DNA from: Chloroflexota bacterium
GTDB lineage: Bacteria > Chloroflexota > UBA11872 > VXOZ01
Length of the DNA stretch: 64,000 bases
NCBI GenBank assembly: GCA_963663275.1
Contig: OY760183.1
Span: forward strand, 3,424,001 to 3,488,000
Reading direction: 5' to 3'
Every line of letters begins with the position of its first letter. Positions within the stretch are counted from its first letter, which is position 1. The notes below the pieces were generated by a model. That model did no database searches and had not been told where the DNA came from. It saw only the letters and a program-made list of their open reading frames with translations. Positions 19,039 to 29,973 of this stretch are shown piece after piece. The position numbers were made by a program, and so were the translations under genes.

Positions 19039-20802
19039 ATGGGTGGTTCGACGCGGCATCGGAGAGCGGGATGGGGCGGGCTGATCGCGGCGCTGGGGCT
19101 GCTGGCGGCAGCGCTCGTGGGCTGCCAGCAGCCTCCCACGCCCACGCCAACGCTCGTGCCCACGCCGACCTACACGCCGACGCCAACGTTCACCCCCACG
19201 CCGTCGCCGACTCCCACGCCCACAGCAACCCATACGCCCACACCCACCGCTACCCCAACGCATACGCCTACACCCACAGCAACCGCGACGCTTACGCCGA
19301 CGCCAACGCACACGCCGACGCCCATACCGACCGCTACGCCGACGCCTTGGCCCACACCGACGCCTTGGCCGGAGGAAACCAAGGTCTACATTCCAGGGAT
19401 AGACCCCTACGAGAAGATTAACCTGACTGCACTGATGACGGAGTACCCGCACATCGGATTTCTCAACAAGGGTCTGGGTGGGCGGGTAGCCTATTTCACC
19501 GGGTCCCTGCAGAGGCACGTCTGCTGGGGTGACACTGTAGTCGTGGGGCAGTCCTGCGTCGAAAGATACAAGGCCACTTGTATAGGCACAGGCGTCTATC
19601 TCCTGGAGGTCATCCCCGGCGAACCGGGTTGTGTTGGCGGGGACAATGCCAGATACAATTTGTTCTCCGTACGATTCGAAGACGAGTATTCACCCCCGGA
19701 AGACATCCCGTCCTCTTCCGACGTAATCGATCCTCCATTGATCGACGTAAGCTACTCGTCCGAATCGCTGGACGACGGCCAGGTTCTGCGCTACGAAGTG
19801 ATGTCCGGGTCTTCCGGCAATTCGGGGGCGTTCACGATACCCGATGGCGCGCGTTCGTTTCAGTTGGTGACGTACGGCTCGAGGCTTACGGCGCTGGTCG
19901 ACCCGAACGGCAAGGACTATGTCGAGGCGTTCGCCAACGACGCCGGTCCCGCGCCCGTCCGCATCCTGCGCAGTCACACCGTTGCCCTGACCCAAGCCAC
20001 GTCCGACGTGAACTACGGATATGCGGACGTGCTCGTTCCCGGTGAGTGGGCGTTCCGGGTGGAGGGGGATATCGACAGTCAGGCTCCGCTTGGCCTGCTC
20101 GTCGTCAAGACACGCAACGATTCGGACGACAGGTTGCGGCTGAAGGTCGTCAATGCGACGACCCATGCGAACCAGACCTTCACGCCGAGGCTGGACCGGC
20201 TGGTGGACCTCGCCGCGCACCTGGGCATCAACCTTGAGGTCAGCGGCATCGAGAAGATCCCGCACCGGAGCGACCCGCACGCTCCGCCGAGCGACTTCTG
20301 CGAACGCTTCTGCTCGTCCGACGAGGCCGTGGTGTACATCACCGAGCCGGGCGGCTGGTCGAGTCCGGGAGTGGGCATTGCTCTGAAGGTGGACTACAAC
20401 ACCCACTTCCTCGTGGGCGCCGAGGTCGCCACGAGCGACAACGATCACTACATCACCGCCGTGCTGCATGAGTTGCTGCACTACGCCGCAGGGCTCGGCC
20501 ACCTCTTCGAGACCCACAAGGATGGCAGCGTCGACGCTGACGATCTGCAGTCGACGGGCGTGCATAACGAGGTCGTTGCCCCTACGACGAAGATAGCCGG
20601 CGGGGTGAACCACGAGCGCCTGTGGGAGAGGGGCGAGTTGCTCTGGGACGACAACATCATGATCGGGTGGCGCATGACGCACGACGAGCCGGACGTGGAC
20701 GGCTTCGGGGAGACGGACGAGAACGGGCGCCGCCGTACCCTCGTGACGTTCCTGGAGCACCACCAGTTGGAGTGGCTGAAGAACAGCCCGTTCTACTGGT
20801 GA
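19039..20802 (+). CDS. Lipoprotein with a Pro/Thr-rich linker and a putative zinc-metallopeptidase domain
   Basis: Lipobox LVGC; ~75-aa (PT)n tract; [12 protein letters not shown] and a downstream NIM Met-turn-like motif. Confidence 0.7.
   Translation: MGGSTRHRRAGWGGLIAALGLLAAALVGCQQPPTPTPTLVPTPTYTPTPTFTPTPSPTPTPTATHTPTPTATPTHTPTPTATATLTPTPTHTPTPIPTATPTPWPTPTPWPEETKVYIPGIDPYEKINLTALMTEYPHIGFLNKGLGGRVAYFTGSLQRHVCWGDTVVVGQSCVERYKATCIGTGVYLLEVIPGEPGCVGGDNARYNLFSVRFEDEYSPPEDIPSSSDVIDPPLIDVSYSSESLDDGQVLRYEVMSGSSGNSGAFTIPDGARSFQLVTYGSRLTALVDPNGKDYVEAFANDAGPAPVRILRSHTVALTQATSDVNYGYADVLVPGEWAFRVEGDIDSQAPLGLLVVKTRNDSDDRLRLKVVNATTHANQTFTPRLDRLVDLAAHLGINLEVSGIEKIPHRSDPHAPPSDFCERFCSSDEAVVYITEPGGWSSPGVGIALKVDYNTHFLVGAEVATSDNDHYITAVLHELLHYAAGLGHLFETHKDGSVDADDLQSTGVHNEVVAPTTKIAGGVNHERLWERGELLWDDNIMIGWRMTHDEPDVDGFGETDENGRRRTLVTFLEHHQLEWLKNSPFYW
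19134..19370 (+). repeat. Coding low-complexity Pro/Thr tandem repeat
   Basis: [18 protein letters not shown]...WPTPTPWP. Confidence 0.9.
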
Positions 20803-20812
20803 AGGGGCGACC

Positions 20813-21616
20813 TCAGAGGATCTGGTCGAGGAAGGTTCTGGTGCGCTCTTCCTGGGGGTTGTTGAAGATCTGGTCAGGCGTGCCGGTCTCGAGGAGCATG
20901 CCCTCGTCGAAGAGGGCCATGCGGTCGGCGACCTCCCTGGCGAAGCCCATCTCGTGCGTGACACAGACCATCGTCATGCCGGTGGCGGCGAGTTCACGCA
21001 TCACGTCCAGCACTTCCTTGATCATCTCCGGGTCGAGCGCGGACGTGGGCTCGTCGAAGAGCATGATCTCCGGGTGCATGGCAAGTGCACGGGCGATGGC
21101 GACGCGCTGCTGCTGCCCGCCGGAGAGCTCGGCGGGGTACTTGGCGGCCTGCTCGGGGATGCCGACGCGTTCGAGGAGTTGCATAGCGGCCTCTTCGGCC
21201 TCCCTGCGGGGGATGTGCCGCACGCGCATGGGCGCGAGAGTGATGTTGGAGAGGGCGGTCATGTGCGGGAAGAGGTTGAACTGCTGGAAGACCATGCCGA
21301 CCTCCCGCCGGATGGCATCGAGGTTGCGGATGTCGTTCGTCATCTCGATACCGTCGACGACGATGCGCCCACGCTGGTGCTCCTCGAGCCGGTTGATCGT
21401 GCGCAGGAACGTCGACTTGCCGGAGCCGGACGGCCCGAACACGACAACGACCTCCCCGCGCTTGATCCGCACGTTGACGTCCCTCAACACGCAGAAGTTG
21501 CCGAACCACTTGAACACGCCCTCGTGGACGATGATGTCGTCGCGCTGCTCGAGCGGCAGTTGAAGGATGTCGCTCTTGCTCATGCCGTCAGCGGCAGCGG
21601 GCTGGTCGTCCTGCAT
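20813..21616 (-). CDS. aapP: Amino-acid ABC transporter ATPase (AapP/BztD-like)
   Basis: [36 protein letters not shown]. Confidence 0.9.
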   Translation of the reverse strand: MQDDQPAAADGMSKSDILQLPLEQRDDIIVHEGVFKWFGNFCVLRDVNVRIKRGEVVVVFGPSGSGKSTFLRTINRLEEHQRGRIVVDGIEMTNDIRNLDAIRREVGMVFQQFNLFPHMTALSNITLAPMRVRHIPRREAEEAAMQLLERVGIPEQAAKYPAELSGGQQQRVAIARALAMHPEIMLFDEPTSALDPEMIKEVLDVMRELAATGMTMVCVTHEMGFAREVADRMALFDEGMLLETGTPDQIFNNPQEERTRTFLDQIL

Positions 21617-21633
21617 TGCGGTCTCCTTGGGCG

Positions 21634-22866
21634 CTACCGCCGACCGACCCCGAGGGTTCGTTCGATACGCCGGCTGACGTAGGCCATGCTGAATGTGAAT
21701 ACCCAGAACACCAGGGCGAGGAAGAGGTAGACCTCCATGCCGTTGTCGGAGTACTCGATCTTCCCGGAGAGCCCGGCCCGCCCGATCTCGACGAGGTCGA
21801 GCATCCCGATGATGAAGACGAGGCTGGTGTCCTTGAAGAGGGAGATGAACTGGCCGACGATGGCGGGAATGATGTTGCGGAGACCCTGAGGAAGGGTAAT
21901 GAAGAGGGTGGTCTGCCACTGCTTGAGCCCCAGCGCCTGGGCAGCCTGGGACTGCTGGGGGGAGACGGCGGCCATTCCCCCGCGCACGTTTTCGGCCATG
22001 TAGGCGGAACTGAAGATGGTGATGGTGATGCCGGAGAGGTAGAGCAGGCTCACGTCCATGTTCTCCGGGAAGGTGAGCGGGAGGATGTGGCGTGACATGA
22101 ACAGGAGCGTGATGAGCGGGACGCCGCGGATGGTCTCGATGAAGGCGACGCAGGCGAACTTGAGGACGGGAAGGCGGCTGCGCCGTCCGAGCGCCAGGGC
22201 GATGCCGATGGGCAGTGAGGCGATGATGCCAAACGCCGCGAGGAGGAGGTTCAGCATCAGGCCGCCGACTTCGGACTCGGTTACAGGGTGAAGACCGGGC
22301 GGAGAGCCGACGCCGGGCAGGCTGAACCCGGCTATCACGAGGAGGGAGGCAATGAGCACTCCGGCCCCGGCGATGCCGAACCACTTGGCGCGGCCTTGTC
22401 CGGGGATGAAGTGCGCGCAGTAATAGCCGCCGGCCATGGCGGCGGGAACGGCGAGCAGAAGGGCGCGGTAGAGAACGTCCATCTGGTAGGGGATGAGGGC
22501 TACAACAAAGACCAGCGCACCGAAGGCTGCAGCGAAGCCGCGCGCGGGCCCGCCCCAGGTGCGCCAGGCCATCCCCATCAGTCCGCTGACCAGAAGGAGC
22601 GCGATCTCCGGTCGCCAGTAATACTCCCGCGGATAGGTCCCGACGATATAGAGCGGGACGCGGTCGGTTATGACCGCCCAGTCGGAGGAGAAGACCAGCC
22701 AGCGGAGGCCTCCCAGCGCGGCGAAGAAGATCGCGACGCCAAGAACGATGGTTACGATGCCGCTGGGCCAGGAGCTGAAGAGGTTCATGCGGAGCCAACC
22801 CTGCCAGCCGACGGTGAATGCCGGGGGAGGCGGCGCGGGCCCGAAGCGTTCTGTGGTGGTGGTCAT
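21634..22866 (-). CDS. aapM: Amino-acid ABC transporter permease (AapM-like)
   Basis: [37 protein letters not shown]. Confidence 0.9.
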   Translation of the reverse strand: MTTTTERFGPAPPPPAFTVGWQGWLRMNLFSSWPSGIVTIVLGVAIFFAALGGLRWLVFSSDWAVITDRVPLYIVGTYPREYYWRPEIALLLVSGLMGMAWRTWGGPARGFAAAFGALVFVVALIPYQMDVLYRALLLAVPAAMAGGYYCAHFIPGQGRAKWFGIAGAGVLIASLLVIAGFSLPGVGSPPGLHPVTESEVGGLMLNLLLAAFGIIASLPIGIALALGRRSRLPVLKFACVAFIETIRGVPLITLLFMSRHILPLTFPENMDVSLLYLSGITITIFSSAYMAENVRGGMAAVSPQQSQAAQALGLKQWQTTLFITLPQGLRNIIPAIVGQFISLFKDTSLVFIIGMLDLVEIGRAGLSGKIEYSDNGMEVYLFLALVFWVFTFSMAYVSRRIERTLGVGRR

Positions 22867-22873
22867 CAGCGCG

Positions 22874-24046
22874 TCACAAGGCCTTGTAGCGGATAAGGCG
22901 GTTGTAGACGTTGCCTATCAGCGCATAGAACAGGCTGAGGCCCAGGTAGGAGACCATGACGATGCCGATGAGCGAGACGGCAGGCGCGGTCTGGGTGAGG
23001 GTGGTGGCGACGCTCACCATGTCGGGGTAGCCGATGGCCGCGGCAAGGCTCGAGTTCTTGGTCAGGTTCAAGTAGTGGCTGATGGTCGGAGGAATGATGA
23101 CCCGCAGCGCCTGAGGGAAGATGACGAACCTGAGGGATGCCGTTCCGTTCAGTCCGATGGAGCGCGCGGCTTCGGTCTGCCCCTTGCTGACGGACTGGAT
23201 GCCGGCGCGGACGATCTCAGCGATGAACGACGACGTGTAGACGACGAGGCCGATGAGGAGAGCGACGAAGCTGCCGCTTACTTGCGTTCCGCCGCTCAGC
23301 CGCCCGAAAGCGCCACGCTCCGGCGTTGTGACGTCGAGCGGGCCGCCGAATGCGAAGAACGCCGCTGTCCCTACTCCGAATGCGATAACCAGAAACGCCA
23401 GCAGCGAATGGCTTGCTCTACCGGACTCTGTCTCCCGGCGCTCCATGACCCGCGCCGCGTAGAAGGCGGCGCCCAGCCCCAGAGCGCAGACGAGAACCCA
23501 CGGCCAGAACGAGCCTTGGGGAGCAAGCCACGGCATGGCGAAACCGCTGTTGCTCAGGAAGAAGGCGTCGCCCAGGACGTAGGCCTCTCTGATGGGGGGA
23601 AGGGCGAGCACGATGAAGAACCAGAAAAGCAGTTGGACGAGAAGCGGGATGTTCCGGAAGACGTCGATATAGACGAGAGCGAGGCGGTTGACCAGCCAGT
23701 TCGGCGAAAGGCGGGCGACGCCGACGATGATGCCGACAATAGTGGCGAAGACCACGCCTGCGAAGGCGACCTTGACGGTGTTGAGGAACGCGACGAAGAG
23801 GGTGTAGCGGTAGGAGTCCTCCGGGGTGTAACTGATAAGCGTCTCGCCAATGGGGATGCCGGTGGAGCGGTCGAGGAAGGAGAACCCGAAGGGTATCTCG
23901 CGCTGGTCGATCTCACGGAGGAGGTTGGTGAAGAAGAAGGCGAGGAAGGAGAGGACGAGGACGGCGGAGACTATCTGCAGGGTGAACTGGAGGAAGACGA
24001 CGTTCCGCCAAAGGGGGATTCCCTGGTATTGCAGGAGCCGCATCAT
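22874..24046 (-). CDS. aapQ: Amino-acid ABC transporter permease (AapQ-like)
   Basis: FGFSFL, RLSPNWL, FRNIPLLVQL, KGQTEAA, KNSSLAAAIGYPD. Confidence 0.9.
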   Translation of the reverse strand: MMRLLQYQGIPLWRNVVFLQFTLQIVSAVLVLSFLAFFFTNLLREIDQREIPFGFSFLDRSTGIPIGETLISYTPEDSYRYTLFVAFLNTVKVAFAGVVFATIVGIIVGVARLSPNWLVNRLALVYIDVFRNIPLLVQLLFWFFIVLALPPIREAYVLGDAFFLSNSGFAMPWLAPQGSFWPWVLVCALGLGAAFYAARVMERRETESGRASHSLLAFLVIAFGVGTAAFFAFGGPLDVTTPERGAFGRLSGGTQVSGSFVALLIGLVVYTSSFIAEIVRAGIQSVSKGQTEAARSIGLNGTASLRFVIFPQALRVIIPPTISHYLNLTKNSSLAAAIGYPDMVSVATTLTQTAPAVSLIGIVMVSYLGLSLFYALIGNVYNRLIRYKAL

Positions 24047-24102
24047 GGCGCGAGCAGTTTACTCCATGCCCAATCTGCGCGGAACTGCGCCGGGCTGCAT
24101 GA

Positions 24103-24136
24103 GAACGCCCCCTCCCGCGAAAGGGAGGGGGCGTTC
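24103..24136 (-). terminator. Intercistronic stem-loop after the binding-protein gene
   Basis: 14-bp perfect stem GAACGCCCCCTCCC/GGGAGGGGGCGTTC. Confidence 0.7.
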
Positions 24137-24171
24137 CGCGCATGCGTGTGTACGCCGTGCCTGTCTGCGGG

Positions 24172-25326
24172 TTAGCGCAACGGCGGAGCGTAGATCTGGC
24201 CGCCGTCGAGCCAGAGGCGGTTGCGCCCGGTCCGTGGGAGGTTGATGGGGGTGTCCGGGCCGAGGTTGCGGTCGTAGATCTCGCCGTAGTTGCCGACGGC
24301 GCGGAGCACGTCCTGCATCACGGTCTGGCTGAGGCCGAGCGATTCCTGTCCGAAGCTCGTGTCCGGCGCTCCGAGGAGCCGTTGAGCCTTTGCGTTCTCG
24401 CCTGCGAGCACCTGGTCGATGTTGCCGCTGGTGATGCCGTAGGCTTCGGCGTAGATGAGGCCGGCCATGATGGTCTTGACCAGGTCGAACCACTGGGTGT
24501 CGCCGTGGGGGACGACGGGAGTGAGGGGCTCCTCGGAGATGGTCTCCGGGAGAATGACGTGGCCGCCGGGGTTGTCGAACGTGCTGCGGATGGCGGCCAA
24601 CTGCGAGCGGTCGTTGGTGAAGACGTCGCATGCGCCGGAGAGGTATGCCGCGCGGGCCGCGTCGTTCTCCTCGAAGACGTTCGGGTTGTAGTCGTAGTTG
24701 TTCTGGCGGAAGAAGTCGGACATGTTCAATTCGGTCGTTGTGCCGGCGATGACGCACACCGCCGCGCCGCTCAAGTCATGCGCGGAGTCAACGGGGGTCC
24801 CGTCCGCCGCCAGGAGGTCATCCGGGACCATGAAGCCCTGCCCGTCGTAGAACGTCGTGTAGGTGTAGTCGCCCCACTGCGCGTCGCGGGAGGTGGTCCA
24901 GGTTACGGTGCGGGCCATCATGTCGATTTCGGCGGCCTGCAGGGCCGGGCCGCGCTCGGCGGCGGTGAAGGGGCGGACCTCAATGGCTTCGCTATTGCCG
25001 AGGACGGCTGCGGCCACCGCGCGGCAGAGGTCGATGTCGAATCCGATGTTGCGTCCGGCGTCGTCGAGTGCGCCGTATCCGGCGACGTCGATGCGGCTGC
25101 CGCAGATGAGCACGCCGCGGTCGCGGACGCGCTGGAGGCGGTCGCCCACGGCAGCGGCAGCGGCAGCCTCAGCGTCGGCAAGCATCGTCTTGGTGTCGCC
25201 GAGTTCGCTCTCCAGTTCCGCGATGCGGGCGTTGGCGTCATCCAACTCCCCTGAGTCGCCACAGGCGACCACCGCGGTCAAAGCCACGGCAAGAACCGAT
25301 ATGACCAGTAGCATTCGCACTTTCAT
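24172..25326 (-). CDS. aapJ: Amino-acid ABC transporter substrate-binding lipoprotein (AapJ/BztA-like)
   Basis: Lipobox VVAC; GFDIDLCRAVAAAV, TWTTSRD, FYDGQGF, VGNYGEIYDRNLG. Confidence 0.9.
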   Translation of the reverse strand: MKVRMLLVISVLAVALTAVVACGDSGELDDANARIAELESELGDTKTMLADAEAAAAAAVGDRLQRVRDRGVLICGSRIDVAGYGALDDAGRNIGFDIDLCRAVAAAVLGNSEAIEVRPFTAAERGPALQAAEIDMMARTVTWTTSRDAQWGDYTYTTFYDGQGFMVPDDLLAADGTPVDSAHDLSGAAVCVIAGTTTELNMSDFFRQNNYDYNPNVFEENDAARAAYLSGACDVFTNDRSQLAAIRSTFDNPGGHVILPETISEEPLTPVVPHGDTQWFDLVKTIMAGLIYAEAYGITSGNIDQVLAGENAKAQRLLGAPDTSFGQESLGLSQTVMQDVLRAVGNYGEIYDRNLGPDTPINLPRTGRNRLWLDGGQIYAPPLR

Positions 25327-25401
25327 TCGATAACCCTCCCAGAGGTTCGTTTCGTTCCATCGCTGGAAGCCGCGCGGCGGATTGTGCCGCTGCGCTGGCG
25401 T

Positions 25402-25460
25402 ATTATAGTGCACGCAATAGCCGCTTACCAGAGGCGCATCCATCCGATACCACGTATCGG
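25402..25460. promoter_or_regulatory. Divergent promoter region with a candidate operator
   Basis: TATAAT on the minus strand at 25402-25407; palindrome CCGATAC-CAC-GTATCGG at 25444-25460. Confidence 0.45.
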
Positions 25461-25501
25461 GTTGTGCGTGGGCATGATTCAACCTGCACGAGGAGGCTTT
25501 C

Positions 25502-26068
25502 GTGAACATCGTCAGCCGCTACACCGTCGAAGAGTTCGGCCATGACGTCCGGCGGTCGCTCGATGCCAATGCAGCCGGCATGGAGGCGATCCTCCGGCTC
25601 GGGCATCTGTTGCAGCGCTTCGGCGGGGAGAACAGCCGTGACTACTTCTGGAGCATCGGTGAGCCTGCCACCATCAGCTCCGGCCTGCCCGGGCAGAAGC
25701 TGTACGACGACCCGGACGGCCTGTTCCGCCTGCTGCTCGCGCAGTACCCGCCGAACACGCCGACCGCCATCCACAGCCACGAGGGGTGGGTCGTCATCGG
25801 CCTGCTCGAAGGCAGCGAACGTTACACGTCCTGGCGCCGCGTCGACGACGGCTCCACGCCGCTGGCGACATTGGAGCTGGTGCAGGACCACCACATCCTG
25901 CCGGGGGAGTTCGGCTACCTGTACGACGGGCCGTTCAACGTGCACCGGCAGGCCGCGGAGGCCGGAGGCGCCGTGGAACTCGTGCTGATGAAGGGCCGCG
26001 GTCAGCGGCTGGAGCACATAGACGAAGCGACAGGTGAGTGCTCGCAGCCGATGGAGTTGAACCGCTAG
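25502..26068 (+). CDS. Cysteine dioxygenase-like cupin
   Basis: TAIHSHEGWVVIGLLEGSE...W.R.DDG and a distal NVH. Confidence 0.7.
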   Translation: MNIVSRYTVEEFGHDVRRSLDANAAGMEAILRLGHLLQRFGGENSRDYFWSIGEPATISSGLPGQKLYDDPDGLFRLLLAQYPPNTPTAIHSHEGWVVIGLLEGSERYTSWRRVDDGSTPLATLELVQDHHILPGEFGYLYDGPFNVHRQAAEAGGAVELVLMKGRGQRLEHIDEATGECSQPMELNR

Positions 26069-26075
26069 CGCCGCG

Positions 26076-27497
26076 TCAGGGCGAGCGTGCTTCCTCCGGG
26101 GTGGACTTTGGCAATACGTCCACGTTCAACCATCTGCCGGTGAAGTAGTAGCCTCCGTAGAGTGCGAAGCGGATGAGCATAGCGACAGCGATGGCGATAG
26201 CAACGCCGAGCGCTTCGGCGGGGGTCCACCGGGACAGTACGAACGCAAGCGGCACCTCCATCACCCACATGCTCATGAACGTCACGAGCATGGGCGCCAA
26301 CGTATCGCCCGCGATGTTGAACGATTGCTGGAACACCTGTCCGCCGCCGAGCAGGGTGCCGGCCACTGCCTGGATGCGCAACCAGACCACGGCTGTCTCG
26401 ACGAATTCCGGTTCGCTGCTGAACAGCCCGATGAAGAACGCAGGGAAGACGATGAGGAGGATGCCCGCGCTGCCGCGAATGGCCATGACGTAGGCCACGG
26501 CCCACTTGATGGTGCTCCGCGCACGGGCTGGTTGCTCCGCGCCGAGGTTCTGCGCAACCAGGATGCCGGACGCCCGCCCCATCCCCTGGCTGCCGATGTT
26601 CGTGAGCCGTTCCAGCCTGCGGGTGAGCGAGTACGCCGCCAGCGCGATGTCTCCGAATGGGGAGACGAGCCTGATGAGTACCATCTCGGAGAGTCCGCGC
26701 TCCATCTGCGTCGCTGTGGCGGGTGCTCCGATCTTGATGATGCGCCCCATCATCGGCAGGTCGATTCGGTAGTCGAGCAGCGAAAGCTTCAACCGCGAAG
26801 AACCGGAACTGAGCGCGTACAGGTTCCAGACGATGCCCACGACGTGTGCCATAGCGTTAGCCGCTGCTGCTCCGGCGATGCCCATGTCGGGCAGACCGAA
26901 CCAGCCGAAGATGAGGAACGGGCTGATGACGAGGTGCAGCACCCGTGACGCTATCGTGGACTTCATGTGGGTCAGCGTGTCGCCGGAGGCTTGCAGTGCT
27001 GCGCCCGTCGTCTGCCGGAAGCTGTGCACTCCGGCCGCGGCGAACTGGAACTGCAGGTAGAAGACCGCCATCTCGGCAACAGCTTCGCTCACGCCCACGA
27101 TGCGGAGCAGGAACGGGGCGAACACGATTCCAACGATGGCCAGCACGAGTGAGAGGAGGAAAGTGAGCGTGAATGCCTGGAGCATCGCGTGGTTGGCCAG
27201 GTCGAGCCGTCGTGCGCCCACTGCGCGTGCGATCATGGCCTGCATCCCCACGTCGAGCCCCATCCGCGCCATCATGATGAGCTGGCCGTACGCTTGGGCG
27301 ACGCCGATGCCGCCTATGGCGTTGAATCCGGCGACCTTCGCGGCCCAGAAGATGTCGGCCAGCTGGTCCGATGCATTGAAGACCCCGGCCACCATCTGCG
27401 GCCACGCGATGAACCAGAGGTTGCGCCGTACGCCGCCCTGCGTCAGGTCGCGCGTCGCGTACGCGGAGCGCATGCGTCCGTGCCGCGTGGGGCGCAT
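26076..27497 (-). CDS. MATE family efflux transporter
   Basis: RDLTQG, ~12 hydrophobic segments, LIFGWFGLPDMGIAGAA, QNLGA. Confidence 0.9.
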   Translation of the reverse strand: MRPTRHGRMRSAYATRDLTQGGVRRNLWFIAWPQMVAGVFNASDQLADIFWAAKVAGFNAIGGIGVAQAYGQLIMMARMGLDVGMQAMIARAVGARRLDLANHAMLQAFTLTFLLSLVLAIVGIVFAPFLLRIVGVSEAVAEMAVFYLQFQFAAAGVHSFRQTTGAALQASGDTLTHMKSTIASRVLHLVISPFLIFGWFGLPDMGIAGAAAANAMAHVVGIVWNLYALSSGSSRLKLSLLDYRIDLPMMGRIIKIGAPATATQMERGLSEMVLIRLVSPFGDIALAAYSLTRRLERLTNIGSQGMGRASGILVAQNLGAEQPARARSTIKWAVAYVMAIRGSAGILLIVFPAFFIGLFSSEPEFVETAVVWLRIQAVAGTLLGGGQVFQQSFNIAGDTLAPMLVTFMSMWVMEVPLAFVLSRWTPAEALGVAIAIAVAMLIRFALYGGYYFTGRWLNVDVLPKSTPEEARSP

Positions 27498-27499
27498 GT

Positions 27500-27907
27500 T
27501 CAAGCCGCCTGGGCTCGCAGGAGAAAGCCGGAGGCCGCCCCGACGAGCATGGAAACGACGGATGTCCAGAGGAAGATGATGCCGTTCACCCTGCGCGCGG
27601 TGTCTTCACCCCAGAATCCCCGCAGCGAGAGCGCCGTCTTGAGTGTGAGCCAGGCGATGCCCGCCAGCACAGCGTCTTCCGGTGAGAGGAAGACGACTCC
27701 TCCTATCAGCAGACGCTCGATGATGCCGTTCCCGATCCCCACCCAGAGGGGAGGGACCGTCCATGAGGTGGCGCTGTAGCCTCTCAATTCGCGTGTCGCC
27801 CATCTGCTGATGGGCCGGACGGTCAGAAACACGACCACTGCGGCAAGCTGAACAGCACCGAAGAGGAGCCCGGCTTCGCGGGTTATGTCAGAGAAGGATG
27901 GGTCCAT
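27500..27907 (-). CDS. Hypothetical membrane protein
   Basis: Hydrophobic 135-aa ORF with G..ERLLI, abutting the MATE gene. Confidence 0.55.
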   Translation of the reverse strand: MDPSFSDITREAGLLFGAVQLAAVVVFLTVRPISRWATRELRGYSATSWTVPPLWVGIGNGIIERLLIGGVVFLSPEDAVLAGIAWLTLKTALSLRGFWGEDTARRVNGIIFLWTSVVSMLVGAASGFLLRAQAA

Positions 27908-27991
27908 AAGAACTCTCGCTCTGTATTACCGGAAAGTAGGAAGCCGCGCAAGCGCGCATCTCCACCAGCCAGGCGCTGGTGCTGGGGCCAC

Positions 27992-29869
27992 TCAAGATGT
28001 GTCCAGCACGTACGCCGCGTAGAGCAACTCCCCCTGTTCGTCGTTCTCGAACGTGAGGCTTCCCTCGGGGAAGGTCGATTCCAACTGCGGGATGAGCGTG
28101 AGGTAGTTCTCGGCCAGCAGCCACACCGTCGGTCTGCTCACCGTCTCCGCGTCTATCTCGCCGCTTCCCCCGAAGACCGGGCTGCCGTTGGCGGTCTCCG
28201 TGTCGCGGAGGAACCATTGCACGACGGCATTCGTCCGGGGCAGGCGGTCGTTGTAAAGGCGCACCTCGTACCCGGCGCCAAGCGACTGCGCGAACCGTAC
28301 CGCCTCCACCTCTTTGCGGGCCAGGGCCCACTCCGATTCGACGAGCCAGTTGTCGTAGTCGCGGGCCTGCTGTCCGGCGAAGAGGAGCACGAATGCGGCG
28401 AGCGCGACCGCGGCTACCGCGTTCCCGAACCACCCTGCAAGGATGGGGATGGGGAGCGCGCCTGCAAACCGGTTCCAGCGGTTGTGCACCAGCGACACGA
28501 GGGCGTCCAGCCCGACCGCTGCGATCGCGAGGACGAAGAAGATGCCGAGGAGGTAGCGCCGGCTCTCCGCGTCCGGTGTCAGAACGGCGGGTACGAGCGA
28601 GATGAGCCAGCCTGCGAGCAGCAGTTGGCTGGGGCGTTTCCTGATGGACAGGAGGAGTGCTGCCAGCCCTGTCCAGAAGAACACCTCCGTGCTGAAATGC
28701 AACAGCGGTATCCCTCCGGTCCCGACGTTCCCCTCGCGCGGCATCGGCGTGTGGACGTACGTGACCACTTCCCATGCGCGGCCCAGGAGAGGCATCAGCG
28801 AGAGGGGCGTCCGGTCGTAGAAGTGGAAGCCGGACGCGACAGCCTCCGACGTAAGGTACAGGAAGGCTATGTGCGCGCTGACCGCAACGGAAGCGCCGAG
28901 GAACCAGTACACCGCCGGAAGGCGCGCTTTCCGGTGCGTCAGCAGCAGGACAACGAGTACCCCCCATACGCCGGCCGCGTAGAGTGGGAAGGCTTGGTAG
29001 GTGTACCACCCGAGCCCGAACAGGACCCCGCCGAGCCCGGCAGCCCACCAGCGGTTTGACCGTACGCCTGCGATGAACAACCATACGCCCGCCATGAAGC
29101 AGAGGACCGCCAGCATCGCAGGGAATGCGATTTGGCTGAGCGCTATGAACCAGACGTGAAATGTGAGGAACGCCGCCGTGAGGGTGGCTGTTCGGGCGGA
29201 GAAGAGTTGCCGCATGAACAGGTACGCGACGGGGATGAGCGCGACGCCGGGGAGTGCGGCGCTCAGCCTCGCTGTGGCGATGCTCGCATCCAGGAAGAGG
29301 AAGAACAGCGCCTGCAGGTGGACGAGCCCCGCGGGTGTGCCCAGCGTCACGCCGGTCCAGGCGCCGGGCCACGCCTCTCCAGCGGAGATGCGCAGCGCCT
29401 CGAGCGCTAGCTCTGCCTCGTCGTTCGCGATGCCGGGCGGCACCGTCTCCAGGTTCTGTGTGCGGATGACCGCTGCGACGAAGGTCAGCGCTGCGATGAC
29501 CGCTATCTCCCACAGCCGTATCCGGCTGCCTGCACGTGCGGTCTGCTCGGCGAATAAGGGGAGGGCGGCGAACGCACCGGCCAGAGGAGCCAGCGCTCGC
29601 GCGGCCTGCCGGCTCAGTCCATGTGCTGTTCGCCACCCTGCCCCGATACCCTTGCCGACCGCTTGCGTGGACGTGCGCCATGAGGCTGGCCGTGGAGGAG
29701 TTGATGCAGGCGGAATACCCGCAGGCATGAGGGCGTAACCGCAGTAGAAGCAGAAGCGGTGGTGGACGGCGTTCGCGGTGCCGCATTGCGGGCAGATGGT
29801 GTTCAAGCGAGGCTGCTCAGAGGCCGTTCGTGTGGAATGGTAGGAGAGTGCCGGTGAATCGTACCGCAT
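27992..29869 (-). CDS. GT-C (family 39/ArnT-PMT-like) membrane glycosyltransferase with an N-terminal zinc ribbon
   Basis: PPGIANDEA loop, ARLSAALPG, many TM segments; CPQCG...FCFYCG. Confidence 0.8.
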   Translation of the reverse strand: MRYDSPALSYHSTRTASEQPRLNTICPQCGTANAVHHRFCFYCGYALMPAGIPPASTPPRPASWRTSTQAVGKGIGAGWRTAHGLSRQAARALAPLAGAFAALPLFAEQTARAGSRIRLWEIAVIAALTFVAAVIRTQNLETVPPGIANDEAELALEALRISAGEAWPGAWTGVTLGTPAGLVHLQALFFLFLDASIATARLSAALPGVALIPVAYLFMRQLFSARTATLTAAFLTFHVWFIALSQIAFPAMLAVLCFMAGVWLFIAGVRSNRWWAAGLGGVLFGLGWYTYQAFPLYAAGVWGVLVVLLLTHRKARLPAVYWFLGASVAVSAHIAFLYLTSEAVASGFHFYDRTPLSLMPLLGRAWEVVTYVHTPMPREGNVGTGGIPLLHFSTEVFFWTGLAALLLSIRKRPSQLLLAGWLISLVPAVLTPDAESRRYLLGIFFVLAIAAVGLDALVSLVHNRWNRFAGALPIPILAGWFGNAVAAVALAAFVLLFAGQQARDYDNWLVESEWALARKEVEAVRFAQSLGAGYEVRLYNDRLPRTNAVVQWFLRDTETANGSPVFGGSGEIDAETVSRPTVWLLAENYLTLIPQLESTFPEGSLTFENDEQGELLYAAYVLDTS

Positions 29870-29973
29870 CCGCTGTGGCTTGGGTTGTTGTTTCGTAGCA
29901 CTATGAGGCTTGCCTGTCAGTGGGGCTGGAAGTATCTTGCGGATAGTCCGCGCGTTTGGAGGAGCACCAGGCG

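Noticed and set aside
19134-19370. Tandem repeat as a CRISPR or non-coding array
   Set aside because: It is an in-frame Pro/Thr linker with synonymous variation and no repeat-spacer structure.
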